From Paraspadella gotoi (Eukaryota; Animalia; Chaetognatha), in the NCBI GenBank assembly GCA_051294375.1, contig CM119264.1, positions 5,749,621 through 5,813,620 on the forward strand: a DNA stretch of 64,000 nt. Direction: 5' to 3'. Below the pieces are notes generated by a model that was not told the DNA's origin, made no database searches, and saw nothing but the letters and a program-made list of their open reading frames with translations. The stretch's first letter is position 1; each line of letters opens with the position of its first letter. Positions 52,701 through 64,000 of this stretch are shown piece by piece. Position numbers and translations under genes: made by a program.

Positions 52701-53543
52701 TTAGTCGTACTCGATCAAGGATTCCAAGGGCGCCGTCAACTTGCTACGCCCGCCGAGTTGTGTTAACTCGACGACGACGAGGCATAGCTCCACTCTGGCG
52801 CCAACTTTGGTCACCAGCTTCTCGGCGGCGCTCATCGTGCCTCCAGTCGCCATAAGATCGTCGACGACGACGACACGTCGATCACGTGCGAGTGCGAGGG
52901 TGGAGACTTCCAGGGCGTCGGACCCGTACTCGAGGTTGTACTCCAAGCAGAAAACGGGGGGAGGCAGCTTGCCTGGAGGAGGGAAGGGGGAGCTTGTTTT
53001 TTTATAGTCGACATATTTTCTTTCGTGGTCATGTGAAATCGAATGGGTATAATTCATTATTTAAGTTTCAATTCGTGGATAGGAAACGAGTCTGGCTCTT
53101 CATTGAAAATTATGAGATTGGCATTGGGATTAGCGAAACTATTAACATTTTTTTCAACACGCGCATTTGGGAGCTCTCTGACTAACAATAAAATTCTTTC
53201 TTCTTCACTANNNNNNNNNNTCTTCTTCACCATTCCTTTCACCTTTCTTCCTTATGGGGACGAAGCCGAGTCCGAGTTCGACGGACAACAACGACCCAAC
53301 GACGAAGCCTCTAGAGTCGAGGCCGGCGATCACCGGTGGGTCAGCGTCCCAGTCGCCGGTTAGACTGCGTCGCAGCGTCGCCGCCAGCGCCGCCGTCAAA
53401 TCTCGAGTTAACGACGGCGTCGCAAGCAGCGGGAAGAAGTCCCGAAAGACGATGCCGGGTTTAGGGAAATCGGCGATTGAGACGATAGCTTTCTTGACTC
53501 TCTCGAGACGAGCAGACGGGGAGTCGTCAAAGGTGGCCGACAT
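52701..53543 (-). CDS. APRT: Adenine phosphoribosyltransferase, 190 aa, 2 exons
   Basis: Exons 53543-53243 and 52972-52701. Motifs DFPKPGIVFRD, GLDSRGF, IRKKGKLP, YNLEYG and the PRPP motif VVVVDDLMATGGT. Confidence 0.95.
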
Positions 53544-56072
53544 TTTCTTTTTTGGTGTCTGTGGACCTCGGACGGACGAGAAAAAGTAGATTTCCCCTTT
53601 AACACCGGAAAAAACAATTTTAGGAAATGTAGAAATGAGACAAAATAACACAAGTGCGGCAGCAAGACTGAAAGCTGCCGCACTGCTGTCCGTCCTCAGC
53701 CTCAGCACTGAGCAGGCTAAATCATTTCGTTACAACCGTGCGTTCTGGGTTCAATTCCTGGGTATCCCGGTTCTGGCTTAAATGTGACGGAGCCGGTCTT
53801 AATATGCCAGAGACAAGAGGCGGTCACTGAGGCTCCGCCCCGGGTATCACAGGCATTCCTCCCGTTTCCATACAAGTCTAATTTACGTCAACCGTATGGC
53901 ACGGTGTTGGACATAAACTCTCGTCGTAATCTCGACTATGAGAATAAGTCGCCAAAAACCTTTGCCCAACTTTCGACCCCTCAAATATCAAAATTGTATG
54001 GAAACAAGAACGGTGATTCCAATGTGTTGCGCCGCAGTGACTTTATTTTCAGGTGTATTTCCCTTTTTCTCTTTTACCGAAGTATTTATCAGTAAGCGGT
54101 ATTGGCGATATGGAGTTTCAATTACTATGTACCGCAAATTTGTGTTGGACAAAAGAGGCTCTGTGGGTAAATTCTCATATCGACAGAAGCGATTTAGATA
54201 TCCTGTCTAAAAATTGATTGGCTTTGACTGCGTCACTTTACACTTTCAAAGGACACGGCTCCGTTCGGATAGATGGATCTGTCCATGAAAAAGGCGACTC
54301 GGATCATTTTTGTCTTTTTAAAATCGTTGATTCTTTAGGAGTGGGACTCTCTAAGAATCTATCTCTAACAATTCTGGTTCAACACCTGCCAATAAAGATT
54401 TAAAGGAACTTATGTTGAATAAATGTATTTAAAAGAAAAATATAAAACAAAAGAAGACACAGATTTAGCACGAAATTATTTCTATGCAATTCTAAAAAAA
54501 ATAAATTGAGGATATGCGGGGAAAGTGCGGTCGACACAGACGCACTCACATCGTTTACATAAACCTTTAATTTTATCCATACAGGCTGCCGTCAAAGACT
54601 AGATCATGTTACAAACTCGCACTAAAACCCATACAAATTGTATTTTTATTATAATAATTCAAAATTTTCGAACTTTTAATATTCTGAAGTTCGTTTATCT
54701 ACAAAATCTATAATGGGAGGGAGGGATAGCAATAAAACTAATAAATCTTTGGAAACTCTTGGATTTTCAATGCATATTAGAGAATTAGGCGGAACAGTGG
54801 TTTAAATGGGTGGGAGAGCTGTACAATTGCTGTGACTGTTATTTCGTTACCAATAACCTTAATTTATATTGACAAAATACAAATTATGTCTAGCATATGA
54901 TTATTAATAAAATAGATGGTATTATTCAAAAAAAAAAAAAAAGAAAAGCCATAATATTAGAAAAAAGAGCGTTCGTTGGAGGAGGCTGGAGGCTAAGAAA
55001 AGGGGCAACGCCTGAAACAATCAGTATTCTGTTTATTTTTTTTTTTCGTGAATAAACAACTAACGTGAATATCGACGTTAATTTAAGAGTGAAAGATGAA
55101 GGCGACAATGAAAGGATGGGGATTATATCTGTGTTGTTAAACGTTTTAAAACTTTTAGACCGGAGATCAGAATAAAAATGATTCGTGAAAACTCAAAATA
55201 TGATACGTACAAAACGGTGCGAATTTTTGGGGATGGGTCATGAAAGTGTGAGAATGAATGAATGGAATGGATTATCTTGAAGGAAAACATTGAATCGGAA
55301 TGAAAAATTACGTCGGCAAATTCGGCCAAACGGGGGAAAAAAAATTCAATCTCTACCTCGCACGCAGCATGCAATATTTTTACAATCTAAAAATAAAAAG
55401 AATTCGGCTGCATCTGAGGGGCACACATCTTGCAGATAAAATTTGACGGTAAATCCAAGTTTACAAAATGAACTACGATTTTTCTATTCTGGAAAATGAA
55501 TACAATTTCAAATATTAAAATTCTGAATAAAACATGTTATTCAAGCATCGTTTGATGCGTCTTAATAAATTTTATAGCTTTGGAAAAAATCGGTTAAATC
55601 AAGCAGTAGCGGAAATACTCTGTTCGTTTCACAGTGAAAAATCACGAAATCACCATCGCCCTATAAATCCATTTATTGCCAAAAACCCATTGACAAAATA
55701 ACAATTAAAAAAATTCGCGGGTAAAATTATTTTTTCTATAATTTAATTTTTGATTCATAATAATAAAAAATTGAAATTTAATTAAAATGATTTTTATAAA
55801 TTAAATTCATCGATAATAATAGGAAGAAGCGTCCAGAAGTCGATGACGATCTTAAACGGGAATTGATTTTTAACTTGAGGGAAAAAATTTCGGGAAGAAG
55901 ACAAAAAAATCAATTTTGGAGGAAATGTTTCCATAAATGTATTTGATGAAGGCGCGCGAAAGGTCACGTCATCGCGTATGGTCCCATCCCCCGCGGAAAT
56001 TGACGTCCGCTTCCATCCCCCCTTAACAATGGGGTCCCGTCACGAAGGCCATCCTCTTCTGAAATCGTTCGT

Positions 56073-59579
<3,507 letters not shown>

Positions 59580-60661
59580 GACGAGGATTGGTAGTTTCCT
59601 TGCAGTCAGAAAGGCGCGAAAGAAGTTCTTTTTTGTGCAATGAACTCAGTATTTTATTGACATGCAATCGTCTTTGGTGAAGCGGCAGAATGGGGGAATG
59701 GGGAACGTCACATTGTTTGACTTCGGGTTTTTACTAAGCCATTTTCTAAGTCTTTGGATTACGGTTGAGAAAGCATCAGATACACAACTCTAAATGCAAA
59801 ATCATTTATTAAAAAATACAGTAGAATGCAGTTCAGTAAATAATATTAATAAGTGAGGTTTTAAACAGATATTTAAGTGTTTTTTGCTTCTTCCCAGGTC
59901 AGGGTAGGAGTAGCTTTGGAAGCGGAAAAATTTTTTATCAAATAACATTTTCGTTTAAAAAAATTAGGTACTACAGTAACTACTGAACCGATAAGCGGAG
60001 CTTCATTCGATTTGAATTTTTTTATCACTAATGAAATTAAATTCGTTATCTCATTCGAGAGTGGGTTTAAAAACGATTGAATTACGACTATTAAGACAGT
60101 TTAGTCATCTAATTTGTAATAAGCTAATAAGCTCTCTTTTTGACCTCCTACAATGGACTTGATCTACATTTCATCGAATCATCGATCTTGTATCGCAGCC
60201 AACCATCCTTGCATTTACTAACAAACAAACAACTATAATAAATAGATTTAAAAACCCATCGACAAGTAATGTTAACGGCAAACCGCGACGTGAAAAAAAC
60301 GAAAGAATTATTCCCTTAATTACATAAACAATTGAAGCAATTAAAGTCCAAATATCATAGATGAACTTTCAAAATGATAATGAGAACGTTTTGTTCGAAG
60401 TTTTTTATCAAAAATATTAGTAAAAACAAAAAAAAGCCTTCTTGGAACTGACTCGAGCAAAATACATACTTAATATAACTAACTAATTAAACTCTTAATT
60501 AAAGCTCTTAAAATGCTCGAACCTCCGACGACAAAGTCAGAGCGACTTATGAAAGAAAAGAAGACTTGTTCGCTTTTCACACGAAGATTTTGCTATTGAG
60601 AGATGTATGTTAGCAGGTAGAGAATGAGCAGGGCGACTCCCATTCCCCACTGAAGCCATGG

Positions 60662-61717
60662 TCATTCCAAATCATCCGGTCGTATCGGTTCTTTTAAGGG
60701 AATCATGGACCTTTTTTCGGCGTCCCTGCGAAGAAACGGTTATTCATCTTAATATTAGTTTTATTTTGAGATTATTTATTCAATGTATTTCAACGAACCT
60801 ACTCAACGCCTTTCTCATATCAAAGGCGTTTTCCTCGCAGTCCAGCCCCGAGTAGTAGTCTAGAACCGTGCGGTAAACCTTTGAAGAAGCAACGAGTTAA
60901 AAAAAAATAAGATAAGAACTCTTTAAATTTATTTTTTAATCGCGCGATCAATGAACCTCGTAGCCGAGTTTGCGGTACATGCTGACGGCGACTTCGTTAG
61001 AGACTCTGACGAAGAGATCGATAAAGAGGCACTTCTTCGCCTCAGAGACCTCCTCCAAAATGCCCATTAAATTTCCCGCCAGACCGAGTCGTCGAAATTC
61101 GGGGGCCACAGTTAGAGCAGTCACGTGACCGTGCCACGGCAAACCTGCTCGGTATGAAAAAAAGGGGATTTGAAGTTAGAAACGAATGAAATTAATAGAC
61201 GCCGAAAATACTATTTGATCCCCTCCAACGATTTAGAAAAAAATATTTTTTATTTATAATTAATATAGTATAGCTCGTCCCATTGTTGGACAGCTAAGTA
61301 CTCGTTCACCCACCGAGTTCAATCTCCTCACCGTCACGCTGGTTAAAGTGTGGTTCAAAACCCTGAGCACCAGCTGTCGGGAGATGCCTCACAGCCCAGG
61401 CATGACACTTGTCCTTACGTTGCCATAATAGTATGTAAATTTACTAATGAAGGCGCAAGTAAAAATAGAAGCTATCTTTTTTTCTCCTACTCACCGGGTG
61501 CCGTGGGCGACCTGTCGAGATCCCCTTGGCCTTCCGCCTTCCCCATAATGTATCCCATGATTTCCCCGGCGGGGTTTTCAGCGACGGTAAAATATTCAGG
61601 CCAATGAGCCAAGTACTGAAGGTAAAAGCTGAGTCCGTATGTTTCGGTGAGGGGATCGAGATTAACATTGTTGAATCTAAACAGATCGTCAACGTTGAAG
61701 GGACGAAGACAAGTCAT
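60662..61717 (-). CDS. NAA20: NatB catalytic subunit N-alpha-acetyltransferase 20, 184 aa, 4 exons
   Basis: Exons 61717-61495, 61144-60957, 60878-60799, 60725-60662 (555 nt). Motifs NLDPLTETY, YLAHWPEYF, GYIMGKAEG, WHGHVTALTVAPEFRRLGLA, DLFVRVSN, DMRKALSRD. Confidence 0.95.
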
Positions 61718-61870
61718 TTTTTGTTTTAGTTTGACGGGAAGTTATTCCTTGGTTTAAGAAAAATTATAAAACAATATTTCTTAAAAGAGAGCGAACAACA
61801 AAAATTATTCGTAAGTATCCTGAGCTTCCCATAATTCCATCCAGATTCCCAATCCCTACCCAGGCGTCGT

Positions 61871-62473
61871 TCATTTGTTAAGGAGCCGAAGCTGCGTCTG
61901 AAAAGCGACGCCGTCGCCCCTGGTGGCGATCTCGTTAATCTCGCGGTGCCTCTCTTTGGAGACGCATTCCTCGAGAATCTCTCCGTCGCCTTTAACAAGG
62001 CGATGTCGCCCGCTGAGCGGATCGAAGACGCGTCGAACGACGCTCTGCCGCTTTTCCCATTCCTCCTTAGTCATGGGAGCCATCGAGCGGGAAGAGGGAG
62101 CGGGGGAATGGGAGGTCTGGTTTGCGGCGGCGGCGGCAACGAACTGGGAAGACGACGAATCAACGGGTCCGATCGATCTTTCAGATCGCGTCGGTTGTTC
62201 CCACGCCCTTTTCTCATTTTTCTTCATTTCATTTTTCTTTTTCTCTTTCTTTTTCTTTTTTCTTTTCAACTTTTTTTTCTCTTTGCGGCAAGATCTCGAC
62301 GACGACGACGACGATGTCGAAGATGGTGACGAAGATCGTTTCTTTTTGCGAAATAGAGATGTGGACTTAGTTTCCCGCTCGTCGGACTCCTTATGTTTTT
62401 CAGGTCGCCGCTTTTTTCGTGAGCGTCTCTCATCATCGTCCGAATCATTTTGTCGTTTTTTGCTCTTCCCCAT
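61871..62473 (-). CDS. ARL6IP4: ARL6IP4/SR-25-like splicing-associated protein, 200 aa, single coding exon
   Basis: Ser- and Lys-rich N-half. Conserved C-terminus [55 protein letters not shown]. Confidence 0.88.
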   Translation of the reverse strand: MGKSKKRQNDSDDDERRSRKKRRPEKHKESDERETKSTSLFRKKKRSSSPSSTSSSSSSRSCRKEKKKLKRKKKKKEKKKNEMKKNEKRAWEQPTRSERSIGPVDSSSSQFVAAAAANQTSHSPAPSSRSMAPMTKEEWEKRQSVVRRVFDPLSGRHRLVKGDGEILEECVSKERHREINEIATRGDGVAFQTQLRLLNK

Positions 62474-62852
62474 CTCAACTAAACAAAGGAAATGACTGTT
62501 TACGATTGTATATCCTTGCAGTTAAGGTTTCCTATTGGCTACTTTTAAAAATCCATTCGAGAAACACATACGTAATTATAGGAGGGCAATAATAATCATA
62601 ATAATCATAATAATAATCATCCCTTATATAAATCAATCAACAACAACGACGCGAACACTCATCAACGTGCAAGAAAGTTCGAAAATTGTAATTATATCGG
62701 TTCCTAATAAAAAGTAAAATTTTAAAACGTGAACTTTAAAACATGATTTAACATAAAAAACAATAACATAAAATAAAATTTTGAACAAACACGATTTCTC
62801 AAAATACAAGCGGCGCGGCGCGGCGATTCTCGGCTCGATCTGAGATTCCTCT

Positions 62853-64000
62853 TTAAGAATCCGTCTCCATCACCTTGGAGCCGACCCCGTGCTTTTCGCG
62901 GTTGTGCTCCATGACGCCGGTCCGCCCTTGAACGTCCACTTTGCAGTCGCGGCAACGAAAGAACAATCGACATCCTGAATAGCGACAAAACTTCGCCGAT
63001 ACAATTTCAGACTAAAACGAAACTAACAACATCATAAAATACACACCTTTGATATAAACGTCCCACTTCTGGTCAACCACCAAGGCGTCGTCGTCGTCGC
63101 CGTCGTGGTCCTCTTCTTCCTCAAGTTCGTCCTCGCAGCCTTTACCCATATTTTCGATGGCCTCAACGTCGTCGGGCGTGAGACCCAACTATCAAAAAGT
63201 CGAGAAATGAAAAAAAAGTAAAGTCACCACAAAAGTAAAGAATTGCTCTAAAATTAGATATAAGTGACATTTTAACGGGAGAATAAGAGAAGAAGAAGAA
63301 GAAAAACGCGACTGACCTGCTTAACGACTTCGTCGGGTACCCGCTGACACACCAAGTAGACGTCGGTGGCGGCGTCAAGGTACGAAGGGTTCGTCACTTT
63401 GTGTTTCTGTTAAAGAAACATTCTTTGACAGAGAAGAAAATATATGAGAACATGTCTTTCCGACCAACCTCTTTAAGATGGGCATGAAATTCGTTGAGGG
63501 TGTTGTACTTGATCTCAGGGCCGCATCTGTGACAGTGATAGCGATGCAACTTGAGATGTTCACTCATCACGTGGTCGACTACGACGCGGGGATCGTCGTT
63601 GTAGAAAAACTATGTGACATACGACATGACATACTTAGCAAACTGTTGAAACCACATAAAAACAAAAAAAAAGATTCTTGGTGGTGAATTTTAAACACGC
63701 ACCTGACTGCATTTGGGATGTCGTGGGCAGAGAATCTTGGCGGGCTTTTCCGCTGCTGCCCTGGTCACCGTCCCGTAAGATCTCGGTACCCGCGGTTTAG
63801 GCATATCCTCTCGATAAGCGGGATTCTCCTCGGGCACAACGCAAAACCGAGAGGCCTGTTTGACGCTACGAGGAAGGGCTTTGGTACGCAGCGGGTCGAA
63901 CTTGTCTCGTCTTGACCACTGGTGACTGTGCTCTTTCGTCATGTGATCCTCGGCGTTGTTAAAAAAAGGAAAAGCCCTTTCGGGAGCTGGGCAGATTGCG
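62853..64000 (-). CDS. C2H2-type zinc-finger protein (3' part; 5' end outside window)
   Basis: Exons >64000-63703, 63609-63469, 63406-63317, 63188-63047, 62974-62853, all frame-consistent. Fingers CPRHPKC..HVMSEH, CHRC..HLKEKH, CRDC..HNREKH, plus an acidic tract. Confidence 0.75.

Noticed and set aside
53705-53775. B-box-like GGTTCAATTCC upstream of APRT as a tRNA gene
   Set aside because: Only a weak T-arm; no acceptor stem or anticodon arm can be formed.
53784-54403. Short plus-strand ORFs between APRT and the Src 3' end
   Set aside because: No recognisable motif or splice structure; possibly decayed element sequence, but unsupported.
62515-62530. CCTTAAC as a U12 branch point upstream of ARL6IP4
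   Set aside because: No RTATCCT U12 donor on the same strand, and the next AG is too close.

Overview
Eukaryotic genomic DNA, animal and probably a protostome invertebrate (inferred from a Src42A-type kinase), with GT-AG introns, GC-rich exons and N-gaps. The first ~31 kb is gene-poor and full of (CT/AG)n microsatellites, minisatellites and small non-autonomous mobile elements. It also contains two blocks that look like assembly artefacts: a noisy mosaic copy at ~11.3-16.2 kb and a duplication plus inversion at ~19.4-25.3 kb. A 9-exon NDRG gene lies on + (35.6-40.3 kb). From 41.4 kb to the end, eight tightly packed genes all lie on the minus strand: HEXDC (GH20), Greatwall/MASTL, an uncharacterised four-repeat protein, APRT, Src42A/FRK-type kinase, NAA20, ARL6IP4 and a partial C2H2 zinc-finger gene. 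Best leads: (i) the uncharacterised protein has a predicted N-myristoylation site and a tail with 4 PSAP and 3 PPxY motifs, like an ESCRT/NEDD4 late-domain adaptor; (ii) signs of operon-like or bicistronic organisation (ARL6IP4-NAA20, APRT-unknown gene); (iii) several intronic segments that fold into strand-specific RNA structures; (iv) a palindrome carrying Penelope-type minimal hammerhead motifs; (v) a CCA-ended tRNA-Leu 3' fragment. Exon boundaries were derived by hand and checked for frame; no database searches were run.
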